Positions 14,378 to 28,499 are shown, counted from the first letter of the stretch. The stretch is DNA of 64,000 nucleotides from the human T2T-CHM13v2.0 reference genome, Homo sapiens (GCF_009914755.1 NC_060927.1); one strand, 5' to 3'. Notes: generated from the letters alone by a model not told the origin. Numbers and translations are program-made.

Positions 14378-15006
14378 TTTTAAATGGCATTGCTTCTGAA
14401 AGCAGACAAAACTGGCAGGACCTCTGAGATGTCAGAAGAGGCCCAGGACACTCATAATTTTTGAGACCTCTCCTGACCCGGTGATCCACCCGCCTGGGCC
14501 TCCCAAAGTGCTGGGATTATAGGCATGAGCCACAGCATCCGGCCGTCTTTAGATATATTAATTAAAATCTTGTGAATGCATCTACATGGCTGTACATCAA
14601 CATTGTTTGGAGATCATGATAAAAGTCTACATTTGAGGCCATTCCTGCTCCCTGCTCCCTCCACAGGGAGGGAGCTGACTTGTAAAAAGTATGAAAAGGA
14701 ATGACATACAGACACTTTTAAGTGGCATTGCTTCTGAAAGCAGACAAAACTGGCAGGACCTCTGAGATGTCAGAAGAGGCCCAGGACACTCATAATGTTA
14801 AGACCTCTAGTATGAGATAGCTAAATGTGGTTTTAAAAGATGAGCTTTTTTTAGATATATTAATTAAAATCTTGTGAATGTATCCACATGGCTGTACATC
14901 AACTTTTGTTTGGAGATAATGACAAAAGTCTACATTTGAGGCCATTCCTGCTTCCTGCTCCCTCCACACTCACGCTGACCGTGTAAAAAGTATGAAAAGG
15001 AATGAC
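14378..15006. repeat. Direct tandem duplication of a ~300-bp unit (14378-14705 and 14716-15006)
   Basis: Both copies begin ttta(a/g)tggcattgcttctgaaagcagacaaaactggcaggacctctgag and end gtaaaaagtatgaaaaggaatgac, with scattered differences. Confidence 0.92.
14469..14544 (-). mobile_element. Alu 5'-end stub (~75 bp) inside duplication copy 1
   Basis: ctcctgacccggtgatccacccgcctgggcctcccaaagtgctgggattataggcatgagccacagcatccggcc. Confidence 0.9.
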
Positions 15007-15202
15007 CCCCACTGACCATGAAAAAAAAAATTACACAGGCAAGGCTGATGGATAAAGACCAGAAAATAGCTCTAACAGAAGGACAACTACTAAAATTTAA
15101 AAATAAAAAAAGTCCTACTACGGAAAGCATTGATGGAAAGCCCTGTAATTGTATCCCAAATCATTTCATCACATCTAACCAAAGAAGAAAGAGGAAAAGG
15201 AT

Positions 15203-15569
<367 letters not shown>

Positions 15570-16684
15570 TTATATTTAATTTAGGCTGAACATGACTCTA
15601 GCAAATCTCTTTGGTAGTTAAATGTTTCCTTCAAAGGGATATCAGGATATAAATCCTGAGGTCAGAATCCATGTCAATTCCAACACAGAAACCTTTCAAA
15701 GCACAGTCCTAAGGGAATCTATTTACCGGGTAAAGGACACAACCAGAGGCACTTAACGTGGAAGACTGGTGAAGGGCCAAACTCCCACCCAAAGACCAAC
15801 TCATCATTCATTCTTCACACATCTGGGTAAGGAGCAGGCAAGGCACTTGTTGATAGTGAAGCAGGAATTGTTTCCCCATATCATTTCCCTCTCGTTTCCC
15901 CAGTTCATATCCCAAGCTTCATGGCAATAAAAATAAAATATTTTTTGACTGGACACTTTTTTTTTTCTTTTTGGTTGTGCACAGGAGCTAGAAAGCCCTT
16001 GTTATATCCATGCAGGCAATATAGGTGATTCCTTGTTATAGTTGATCAGGTAAAACCTTAACCATCATCAAATCAGGGCACATAATAGTGTCAACTTGGT
16101 GAAACAGTGAGTCGGGGAGTCACTGCGTATGAGCAAGGAGCTCTCACTTGATTATACTCATGCTCTGCTCAGGTTGGCTGATTTGCCAATAGATTTCATT
16201 TCTATAGCAGTGTACTGGATAATAGGGACTGCACACTCAAGTCTAAAACGTATTCATTCGTTCTACACCTGTTTAGCGCCTGCTCTGGGCAAAACCTTGT
16301 GCAGGGTGCTGTATGTTGGCTCCCAAAGGAGAAGGATTGCTGCCAAGTTTCCTCTAGGGCTTGAGCCATGTTGACTATTAAATACCAGTTCAGGGTGTTC
16401 AGTAAAGTCTCTGATAATGCTCCGTAACTTTCTAATTAGTCAAGCCTTTAAATAGAAAGAGGTCTGTCATTTTATTGTGATTTCCAGGGTTACTTTATCC
16501 TCCGCATTTCCAAAGTTTCTATGACCTATAGCAATGAGTTCATAATAATATCCACGTATAATTTTATTTTCCATATAGAGCAGTTGACATCAAATAGCAG
16601 CCCATGTGCTAAATCCAGCCAGCTGATAAATGTTTTGTTTGGCTCACACAGTACTTTAAATTCTTTTTAAAAATAACTTGCCAA

Positions 16685-17120
16685 GCAACCCAAGTGCCTA
16701 TAGATAGATGAATAGATAAACAAAATGTGGTACATACAATTCAGCCTTAAATAAGAATGAAGTTGTGACACATGCTACAACCTGGATGAACTCTGAAGAC
16801 ATTATGCTAAATGAAATAATCCAGACACAAAAGGAAAAATATTGCATGATTCCTCTTATAAGAAGTACCTAGAATAGTCAAATTCATGGAGACAGAAAGG
16901 AGAATTGTGGTTACCAGGGGCGAGAGGGAGGAGAATGGAGAACTGTCATTTAATGAGTACATAGTTTCAGTGTAGGATGATGAAAAAGTTCTTGAGTTGG
17001 ATGTTGATGATGGTTGCACAATAGCATAATGTATTTAATGTGACTGAAATATGCACTTAAAATGGTTAAAATGGTAAATTGTTGTTATGTATATTTTACC
17101 ACTATAAAAAAGATTGAAAA
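16685..17120 (+). mobile_element. L1MB-type 3' end
   Basis: agatgaatagataaacaaaatgtggtac...atgctacaacctggatgaac...gagacagaaaggagaattgtggttaccagggg...aaatggttaaaatggtaaatt. Confidence 0.8.
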
Positions 17121-17185
17121 AACCTTCTCCACTTATACAAATGAATATGTGTGCACTGTGGAAATCAAAACTGTAGGTAAGTTTA

Positions 17186-17538
<353 letters not shown>

Positions 17539-17560
17539 GTTTCAAGAATATTTATCTGGT

Positions 17561-17606
17561 GAATTATTTTTACTGAAATACTTGAATTATTTTTACTGAA
17601 ATACTT
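17561..17606. repeat. Perfect 23-bp tandem duplication
   Basis: gaattatttttactgaaatactt occurs twice head-to-tail. Confidence 0.9.
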
Positions 17607-17706
17607 AGATGGGACAAGGCAAGGAGGACTTTGCAACATTAGAAAGATGAGAGGTAGTATACTCTCTCAACCACTAGGTGAGCTCTTTCCATTCCTACAA
17701 TGCTTC

Positions 17707-17721
17707 TTTCTTTCTTTATTA

Positions 17722-17760
<39 letters not shown>

Positions 17761-18042
17761 TGAGACACAGTCTCACTCGGTTGCCAAGGCTGAAGTACAG
17801 TGGTGCGATCTTGGCTTACTGCAACCTCAGCCTCCTGGGTTCAAGAGATTCTCCTGCCTCATCCTCCAAGTGGCTGGGACTACAGACATGCACCACTATA
17901 TCCAGCTAATTTTTATGTTTTTAGTAGAGACAGGGTTTCAACATGTTGGCCAGGCTGGTCTCAAACTCCTGACTTCAAGTGATCCACCAGCCTCAGCCTC
18001 CTAAAGTGCTAGGATCACAGGCATGAGCCACTACACCTGGCC
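17707..18042 (-). mobile_element. AluS with a (TTA)n microsatellite tail (17716-17759)
   Basis: Reverse-complement dimeric Alu; TSD ctacaatgcttc / ctacaatacttc. Confidence 0.94.
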
Positions 18043-18949
18043 TTTCTACAATACTTCATAAAAAAAAAAAAATGTTTAATCAGCTCAGATTAAAAATATA
18101 ACAATGAAGAAAAATTATATATAGCTTAGAAATTAAAAGTTGCACTAAAGTATAAAGAATGTCAAATATTAGGAATGCCATTTATATTTAAGGCTTATAA
18201 ATCAGATTGAACACATGGAAATGTTTAAAAATGAAATTGTATGATATCCAGGATTTGCTACAAAATAATTCGGTGGCAGGAAAATAAACCAGAATGGTGA
18301 TACAGATGAAATAAGATTGGCTAAAAGTTGACCACTGTTGAAGCTACATGATGGGCATCTGGGCATCTAAGTTCATTGCACCATTCTTTTGACTTATGTG
18401 GAAAAAATCCAGATCATGTTACATATAAAAACAAAATAAGCAAGAAATAGAGACTAAACTCTTTTTCTCACTCTCCTACCCCGTTTCAGGCTGCCTGGTT
18501 GTTTGGGGGGCTCTTTCAAATACAATGGTTCAAAAGAACTGCTAGGACAAAACAAGCAAACCAAACTCAATTACCGAATAACACTCAATTTTGCCAATGG
18601 TATCTGTAGAAACGGAGGCTTACATTTTTTTGGAAAGCCTCAAAATCAGATGCACTTGCTAATTTTGTTAACTTGAAGAGAAGAAACAGAAAAGTCATCT
18701 CTTTTTCCAAAAACCTATAAACCAGTTTGCTTTTTATTGCTTTTCATTACAATTTTGAACATGAAATATTTCCAGAAAATGAAAAACCCAAATGCACCTG
18801 CCCGCATTAGGGATTAACGGCTTGGAAAATTCTATTTTAAAAATTGCAGTGAATGAAACTGAGGGTCATTTTCCTCCCTTTACTCAACTGTATACAAATT
18901 ATTTTATATAAGTTTTCATCAAGGCAATACAAATATATGATACAAATTT

Positions 18950-20280
18950 TTCCTCAAATTTTGTGTTTCAGAAAATGTGGAAGAAATAAATGCTCTTTAA
19001 ATGGTATTTTAAATGATGAATACATGTGATGAGGGCTTATCACTCAAAGAAAATGGTATAGTGTTATTTATAAAAGGATCCAAATGATCTTAAATTGAAT
19101 CCCTAGCTAAAATTTCAGAAGACTAACAAGTCTTACTACTTAATGAGTTCACTAAATGTATCCTTTAAAAGCAAGTAATGATTACTAGAATATACCATAG
19201 GTTTATTCAGAAAAAGCGATAAGCAACCAACTTCTCTGAGTAATTTATTACACTTTGTTTTAGACAATAGGTCAAATAATACAGCAAAGGGCAACTAGAT
19301 TTCAAAAAGACATTTGGTAGGGTTTTTCTATAAAGGAGGAGCCATGCGTAACAGGACAACTACACCCATAGGTGTAGTTGATGAATACGTTTTGAGAGAT
19401 GTCACTGGCCTCTGTGTTTGATTTTGTCCCATTAATAATGTGCACATGTATTAAACAAAAACATAAATGGCATGCTGACCAAAAATAGCTATAAGACAGT
19501 ACTGATCATTTGATGCACAAAATTAGGCACCAAATGAGGGCTTTAACTCATTTTTTCAGTTTTGGCAAATATACCCAACCTCGTAACAGATTAAAAAACT
19601 AAAGTTCTACTCTTTGGGTGGAGATAAAAAATAAGCATATATGCACAAATTAGAAAAAAGTATACAGGAGAAAGGGACAGAAAAAGATTATCCTTTAACA
19701 GGACAATAATGTGAAAAACGAGGAAGGTAATCATCCTATTTAATTCTGACTAACAAAAATGAGGCAGAGTAGACTAGTTTACAATACTGAGCATTTATTA
19801 TGTGCCAGGTACCATCCTCAATACTTTAAGAATAATATCTTATCAATATCACCCTATAGAAAGGAACTATAATTATCTCATTTTTATAAACAATTAAATT
19901 AATACTCTAAGAGATCAGAGGATGATCTAAGGTCAAATGACCTTAAATGAGGAGAGCTGAATTTGCCAAGGCTAAGAGGGCAGTAAATGTAAACACCAGG
20001 AACTAGGAACAAGCAAATGGTGTTAAAGGGAAAGAAAGCCAGCCAATGTTTCCAGAGTGCATTCTATTGCATTGCACAAAATGAGGGGAAACTGAATAAC
20101 CAGCTGGGGAGTTACTACTGTCCACTCCAGGGGAAGAAAGACTGCATCACAGGGTCACAGACATCTATCCTTCAAAGTAGTTAAGCAGAGGCAAGAGGCT
20201 GCCTGTCAAACACGGAGACAGGACTCAGGCATTGAGTGCAAAGTTGAACTAGAGACCTTGAGTTTCTCTGATCCTATAAG
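18950..20280 (+). mobile_element. Degraded CR1/L3 LINE, interrupted by a MIR (~19780-19950, minus)
   Basis: L3-like motifs ctagatttcaaaaagacatttg, ataaatggcatgctgaccaaa and a 3' end gttgaactagagaccttgagtttc. Confidence 0.45.
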
Positions 20281-21471
20281 TAGAAGCAGCCATAGTAGTG
20301 GTAGTAGAAATTACCATTTATGATATGCTGTTTTCCTTTATTATCCTTATTATCCTTATAACAATATTGTCCCATAAGTATTATTATGTTCATCTTAAAC
20401 GCAGAGAAATCAAAGGCCCATAGCAGGTCCAGGATTCAAGGTCAGACCTGTCTAGTTACAAAAACCCATGCCCACTACACTACCTTTTTTCCCCAAAGCA
20501 GCAACTAGATCATAGGAACATTTGATTTGTTTCCAGAAGGGTCAAACTCTGGCCAAAGAACAGATTGTTTCTCTCCAACATTTACATTTCTCAGAGGTGT
20601 AGTCTATTCAAGAATTTTAATTTAGACTTGCACGTATTTTGACAAGTAAAAAAAATGTTATACAGATATGAAGACAAAGTTACTCATCTTATCCCTATCT
20701 GCCAATTACATTCCCCAAATAACCAGTGTTAATATTTTTGTGTTTGATATTCATTCCTTTCACAAAACTATAAACATATAGATACATATATAAGGGGTTA
20801 ATTTATTTTAATCAAAATAAAAACAAACTGCACATATTATACAACTCATTTTTTCTACTTAATATTATAGACATATTTAAAATCATTAGAACAAAAAAAT
20901 TGCAAACCAATATTTCACAGGAACAAAGATGCAAAAATTCTAAATAAAAATTTAACCAATCATATTCAACAATAAATAAAAAGCATAATACATCATGAGC
21001 AAATAGGGAAATAGAGTTTATCCCAGTCATGTAAGATTATTTTAACATTGGAAAATCTATTAATATAATTTATCACACTAATAAATTATATATCACACTA
21101 ATAAACTACATAAAATCCACATAGTCCTCTCAGTAGACACAGAAAAAGTATTTCAGAAACTCCCACATTTATTGCTGATTTAAAAATAAAAAAAAAACTC
21201 CTGGTAATCTATAAATGGCAAAGAACTTCTTCAACCTGATGAAAAGAATTTATGAAAAACCTGCAGCTAACATCATAGTTAATGGTGAAAGAGTGAATGT
21301 TTTTTCCTTAAAATTGAGAACAAGAATATCTTCATTACCCTTTTCTGTCTAACACTTTACTAGAGGCTATAGCCAGTGCAATAAAGCAAGGAAAGGAAAT
21401 AAAAAGCATTTAGAATAGAAAAGGAAGATGTAAAACTTTTATTATTTCTCAGATGGCATGGTTAGCTGTGT

Positions 21472-21669
21472 CAGGGTTTGGCAAAATGTGGCAGTTTTGT
21501 TATTAAGTTTCATAAGAACACAGTCACACCCATTCACTTGTGTATTATCTACAGCTGCTTTCACCCTACTAATTACTCAACTACCATGGGCAGTTGAGTA
21601 ATTGCCACAGACACACACAAGCTTAAATTATTTACTATCTGGCCTTTTAAGAAAGTTTGCTGACCCCTG
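21472..21669. mobile_element. MER58A-like hAT-Charlie MITE inserted in L1
   Basis: TIRs cagggtttggcaaa / tttgctgacccctg; degenerate 8-bp TSD agctgtgt / atctatgt. Confidence 0.8.
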
Positions 21670-21811
21670 ATCTATGTAGAAAATCTGATAAAATCTACAA
21701 TAAAACTACTGGGAGTAATAAGCAAGTTTAGACACACTAAAGAATACAAGATCAATATATAAAAATCTATTATATTTCTTTCTGCTTGTAACTTGTAATC
21801 AGAAATAGAAA

Positions 21812-21986
21812 TTTTATTTTTTATTTTTTAACTTTTATTTTAGGTTCCGGGATACATGTGCAGGTTTTTACATATATATATGTATATATATATACATACA
21901 TATATGTAAACTGCTTGCCATGGGGGTTTTCTGTACAGGTAATTTCATCACCTGGGTAATAAGTACAGTACCCAATAGATATTTTC
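21812..21986 (-). mobile_element. L1PA-type 3' end with an internal (TA)n run
   Basis: ttttaacttttattttaggttccgggatacatgtgcaggtt...catcacctgggtaataagtacagtacccaatag. Confidence 0.8.
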
Positions 21987-24824
21987 AGGAACAAAAATTT
22001 TAACACAGCATTTATGACAGCAACAAAATATATAAAATACCCAGCAGTAAATCTGACTGGAGATGTAAATGACCTGCATAGAAACTAAAAAAAAAAAAAA
22101 AAAATGTACTGAGAGAAATTTTAAAATCTACCTTATTCATGGGCAATACTTTTAAAATGTCCATTCTCCACATATTCATCTATATCTAGATATTCAACGC
22201 AATCCCAACCAAAATCCTACCATACGTTTTGTCAAAATGGACAAAGTGATTCTAAAATTTACATGGAATATTGAAGGACCTAGAATAGCAAAAACAAATT
22301 TGAAAATGAAGAATAAAGTTGGAAAACTAATAGTACCTAACTTCAAGACATTATAAATCTCCAGTAATCAAGACAGTGTTGTACTGGTGTAAAGAAAGGT
22401 GAGTATATGAGTGAAACAGAATAGAGAATCAAGAAATAAGCCCTCACATATATGGACAACTAATTACCAACAAAGATGCAAAGACAATTAAGTGGAGAAA
22501 GGAAATCTTTTCAACAAGTGACACTAAAACAATTGGACTTTCACATTTAAAAAAATTAACTTCAACTCGGAATGGATCATAGACATAAAACTAAAACCGA
22601 AAACCATAAAACTTATAGAAGAAAACTTTTGTGACTTTAGGTTAAGTAAAAACAGATATCACACCAAAACCACAATCTATTAAGGAAACAATTGGTAATT
22701 TGTATTGCTTCATAGTTAAAAATCTCTGTTCCCCAAAAGACACTGTTAAGAGGATGAAAACGTAAGGCACATATTGGGAAAAAGTATGTACAAATCACAT
22801 ATCTGAAAAAGGTCTTATATTCAGAATCTATAGAGTTCCAAACAAAACACCAACTAAAAAGAGAGTAAAATATTTGAATTAAACACTTTAACAAAAAAGA
22901 CATATGGATGGCAAATGAGCACATGAAAAATTAGTCATTATAGAAATAAAAATTAAAACCATAATGAGGTACCAAGATATACTATTAGAAAGGTTAAAGT
23001 TAAAAAGACTGACCAAAGCAAGTATTGATGAAAATGTGGAAGAAGTGAAACTCTCCTACACTGCTGGGCAGGAATATAAAGTGATGCAATCACTCTGGGA
23101 AGGTTAAGAGATTTCTTAAAAAGAGAGATGACCATGTGACCCAGTAATTCCACCCACAGATATTTACTCAAGAGAAATGAAAGCATACATCCATATAAAG
23201 ACTTACACACAAATGTTCATAGCAGCTTAATCTGTAATAGACAAACTGGAAACAAACCAAATACCTATCAATGGGTGAATAAACAAACAAAAGATGATAC
23301 ATCCATACCATGAGATACTACTCAGCAACAAAAATAGTGAGCTGTTGCTATATGCTACAACATGAATGGCTCTCAAAAAATTCTGCTAGTGAATGATGTA
23401 TAATTCACTATTATGCTACGAATGAAGTCAGATTCCTGATGCCACAAAAAAAATACATACCACATGATTACATTCACATATAATTCTAGATAAAACAAAC
23501 TTAGCACCAGATAACATGTTACTGGTTGTCTTGAAATCGGGAGATACAGGGTAGAGGAGAGTGATTATAAAGGGGCACAAGGACATTTTTGGGGGAGCTA
23601 ATGTATGTTCGTTTTCTTAATTGTGGTGCTGGTTTTATGGGTATATGCACAAGTCAAGACTTATCAAATCATACATTCTAAGCATGGACAGGATATTGTA
23701 TATTAATTCTACCTCAGTAAAGATGTTTTTAGAGTCATTAGATATTTGTCTAATTTTGTTTTCTAATTACTTTATGTATATATACACACAGATTTTATAA
23801 AATGTAGAGCATGCATACTTAGCATTTTTAGCGGTTTTCTGTTTGCTTCTTGTTTCTAAATATCTAATTAATCAAGTAACACGTATTAATAACCTGTTTG
23901 ATAATAATTCTAACAGTGGCCCTCTGAAAATTCAGCTCAGGGTGCTAGAACAATCAATATAGTGACACCAATATCATGACATGTGTGACACATTAGCATG
24001 AAATTAGTGGTGATCCTTGTCAATCCTACGTAGACAATGCTAATCAATCCCCGCACTCTTCCTCTCTGAGCCTGAATAAAAGATTCCAGCTCTAACAGGC
24101 TGGAGCTAATACAAATGGTGAACCCGCTCTGCCATCCAGGGGTCTTGTTGATGATGCTGATGATGCCTGACTGAAGTAGGCAAATACGTTTTTATCTTCA
24201 TCTTTTTGCCAGGCTGTCTCTGTGCTATCTTGTTGCTTTGCTTAAATCAAGAAAAATGGGCGTTGTACTGCTATCTGCATTTTGTCTTGCATTTAAGTAA
24301 CGGTTTCCTTTAAGAGCCAATTCAGAACTCATACATTCCAGGAAGCCTCCTATTGACTAAGCTCAGGTCATAATAAACTTGACTTTTTCTGAATCCTTTC
24401 ACTACTAGATTCCTTGCTACACAATACCACATTTAGGTATCTGCCACCAGGATTATTCTCTGAGCTTCACTTTTCTTACCTGTAAATTGATACTTATATT
24501 GCAGAGTTGTCTTCAGGACTAGAGATGATGTATGGTTACCCCTGGGATGCAGACTCCACAAATTCAGACATTTTGTCTAGTTTATATAACCCTAGTGCCT
24601 AGAACAGTGCCAGACACAGAGTAAGTGTTCAACAAATAGCTGTAAGTAAATATGTAAGTAGTCTTTCACATACCATGGCACATTAAGTTCGATCCACATA
24701 CACACTTAATACTCTATAATAACTCAGCTACTTGAAGACAGTCACCCTAGGTGCTCTTTTTGTCCCTTGGAGTTATATTTTACTCAGGGTTTCTATAGTT
24801 AGAAGTCAAGGCAAATATCACAGG

Positions 24825-25203
24825 CAGAGCTGGACTAGAGTGAAACAAATGAATCATAATCCTGGAATGTAAATTTAAAGGATACGCCAAAAAAACCCTC
24901 CACATATGAAAGAAATAATATTTCATGCAATATTTTTTAAAATAAAAATAATGCAAAGAATCCATTATGAATAAAACATCAGTTTTAAACAAAGGAAAAA
25001 TCAGAGCAGTGCAGGACTGAGCCATATCAAAGCCTGAGGCAAAATGAAAAATCAAACACGGCTCCTATCTTCACTTAAAATAATTTTGATTAAAAAATAT
25101 TACATTAAAATATTATTTATCCTCATTACTGAGGTTTCTAGCACTCCCTTCAATTCTGTGCCGGTGGTGAGTGCCTCCTCGTGTCACCCCAATCCTGGCC
25201 CTG
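24825..25203. mobile_element. MER96B-like hAT MITE (largely palindromic)
   Basis: Ends cagagctggactagagtga / tcaccccaatcctggccctg; internal aaataatatttcatgcaatattttt mirrored by aaaaatattacattaaaatattattt; core gagccatatcaaagcctgaggcaaaa. Confidence 0.75.
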
Positions 25204-26278
25204 CACAGCTGTCAAAACAGTCCTTGAAGAATCCCTTAAACTATCCACAAAATATAATATTCTACTCTCACTAAATTCAACACCACCAGTTTGCCTTTAG
25301 TGTTAGAACAGTGCTACGTTTCTCCAGGTGAGCCCTGGATGAAGAAGATGGCTTACACTTAAGGAGCCAGGCTGTATACAAAATGTGTGTCTTTACACAG
25401 CAGACTCACACTTGGCTCATCAAGGTGCTGATGCCATGGGAGGCTTCTGGGAACTGAGAATAGTCGAACCATGTCTCTCATCTCACCCTGGCTCAGGCAC
25501 AGACTCTAAGGCAGGCAGAATCAACCACATTCTTTTATTTGCCTTTATTCGCTCCTGTTTGTGGTCTGTCTCTGTCTCTCTTTCTCTCTCTCACACACTC
25601 TCACACACGACTTGTGTAACTTGAATGAATAAATAATGTGATTCTACTGGAAATGCAATGCTGCCCGCCCCTTGGCCTTCTACCCAGCATGCCTGCTTGT
25701 TGAGCGACTGACGGGTTCTGCCTCCATCCTCAGGAGCCTCAGCTCCCACAAATCACTAGTGATTTCCTCCAGCCGCCAAGACAAAGGCGACTCTGGCAAC
25801 CAGGCTATGTATTCCTTTTGCTTTCCCTAAGCACCCATACCATGTTGCTTCCCATAAATTCACAGTTTTATCCTGAGATGAAATCGCACCATTTCTGCCA
25901 GGAATCACACACAGAAACATGGTTCTGTTTTGTTTCTGGACATACTGTATTTGATAAAATTAGAAAGAAATCACCCTACCAACATTTGCACACAAGAAGA
26001 AAGGGAAAAAAAAGAGGAGGGTGAAAAATCAACCAGCTATGAGATCCAGTATAGAGAAGATATCAGAAAAACATTTTTTGCAGGTTCCAAATCTTGAAGT
26101 ATAAAATTATCCTCTCCTATTCTTCTTTGTTCCCACTTGTGGCATCTAGCCAATCACTAACAAATATAAGAGCTGGATGCCAACTTCAGTAAACATATTT
26201 AACCCTACAAGGAGAGACAGTCATGGGGGAAAATGAAATCTTCATGGGTCCAAGTCTCTCAATGAGAACAGATATTCA

Positions 26279-26603
26279 GGCCGGATGCCATGGCTCACGC
26301 CTGTAATCCTAACACTTTGGGACGCCGAGGTGGGTGGATCACTTGAGGTCAGGAGTTCAAGACCAGCCTGGCCAATATGGTGAAACCCCATCTCTACTAA
26401 AAATACAAGAAACTAGCGGGGCGTGGTGGCACATCCCTGTACCCCCAGCTACTTGGGAGGCTGAGGCACGACAATCACTTGAGCCTGGGAGATGGAGATT
26501 GCCACGAGGTGAGATCGCGCCACTACAATCCAGCCTGGGTGACAGAGTAACACTCTGTCTCCAAAGAGAGAGAGAGAGAGAGAGACAGAGAGAGAGAGAG
26601 AGA
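26279..26603 (+). mobile_element. AluS with a (GA)n tail
   Basis: Dimeric Alu; tail is (AG)n at 26565-26602; TSD gaacagatattc on both sides. Confidence 0.94.
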
Positions 26604-27202
26604 ACGAACAGATATTCCCTGCAAGCTCTCCTAAAGCGATGCATTTTTTTGCGGGGGAGGGGTGGGGGTCACTAATACAAAATATAGACTTGGCACTGAG
26701 CCTCCCAAAGCAGAAAGAAGATTGGATAATTACATTCATACACATATCCATTGTGTATGAATCACATTGTCCAGCCCCACCACTGTGCAAATCCTGGAGT
26801 CAGAACATCTCAGATTCTACCAGCTCATCCCAAGTATTTTCCAGATAAGGTAACAGAGGCTTAGCAAGACCAGGTGACTTGTCTTACCCAGGTCATGATG
26901 GCAGCAGGTGCAACCATCTACCCAAGCTTCTGCCAAAAAACTAGGATGCTTTCTGCTGCTCTGTGGTGGGACCATTTGATCCCAGGACTGCCACATATTT
27001 GGGCCTTATACAGTTCCTTTCTGTGGTTAAGTGAAGTGATTACCCATGCCCTATGACTACCAGATACACCACACTACACAAGTGACTTCCAAAATGCAGC
27101 CAGGAGTCCCCACAGTCACAAATGTCTGTTCTTAGACCCTCTGAGACAACTGTAACAGGGATAAACACGAATGGAGAATGATCCATAAAGAATTCTCTCA
27201 CT

Positions 27203-27502
<300 letters not shown>

Positions 27503-28499
27503 CTCGCTCAGTATCATTGGGACATTAAAAAAGCCAATGAAACTAGACAAGCTCACTGGCACTCTTTTTTCATTAATTACTGTATCTTTTTTCTGATTAA
27601 AAAATTATAACAATTTCACATGATCTTATGAAACTATTAGCTCTCTGAGGGCAAAGACTTTTTCTGCCTCGTTCACTGGTCTATCCCAAGTCCAGGACTT
27701 AACTCCATATTAAATAAACATTTCCTGAACAAGTTTTAAAAAGAAAAATGTATCTGTTCATTGAGAAAGTCCTGAAAACATAGGAAAAAAATTTAAAATG
27801 AAGCAAACTCTCCCATCAATTAGCAACACAGAGATAACAACTGTTAGCACTTTCCAGAATGTATTCTGTACATGTACATACAAGTTTTCAATCTAATTTG
27901 AGATGAGACTATATAAATAATTTTGTATCCCATTTGGTTTGTCTTTTCTTTTTTCTCCTTTTTTTTTTTCTTGGCCAAGTAATCTCGCATCTTGCTTTTA
28001 ATTTTAACCTTCTCTTCAGTTCTCTCTTCTTCAATTCAAGTGCAATGACAGCTACAGACATCAGAAGTGAGCAAATCGATACACAGTGACCCAAAGTCAA
28101 ACACCAAAAGTTCTTCCTGGAGTCAAACAACTTTTGCAGAATAAAAAGAATCCTCTGAACCAGTTCTTCCTTACTCCTAACACAGGTTATTTTTTTCAAT
28201 TAACAAGTCACGCAAACACCAGGACAATTAGAGCTGTACTGAACTTTGTGGTATTTTCTGCACATAAAGTAAATATATCTTTCTACCAAAGCATGAATAA
28301 AGAAGTGAAGGACAATAAAAAAAAATATGTGGCAGATACCAATCTTGGGCTATCAGATTACTCAAGCACCTCTGAATGCTTAAGACTGACAAGTCGCTTC
28401 TATAAGAATCACAGATTTTTTTGTCAGTTGTTTCTCTTACAGTGTGCACACCGGTTTCCACACATTAATGTGTACATTTCAATTCAGCAGCCTTCCCTG

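Larger units (their letters stand above)
20885..23720 (+). mobile_element. Old L1M element (decayed ORF2 3' half plus 3' UTR) carrying nested insertions
   Basis: ORF2-like segments (gatgcaaaaattctaaataaaa, cctgcagctaacatcatagttaatggtgaaag, ccagtaatcaagacagtgttgtactgg) with stops/frameshifts, followed by an L1 3' UTR. Confidence 0.85.

Noticed and set aside
20885-22900. L1 ORF2 (reverse transcriptase) coding potential
   Set aside because: Heavily interrupted by stops, frameshifts and insertions; no intact ORF remains.
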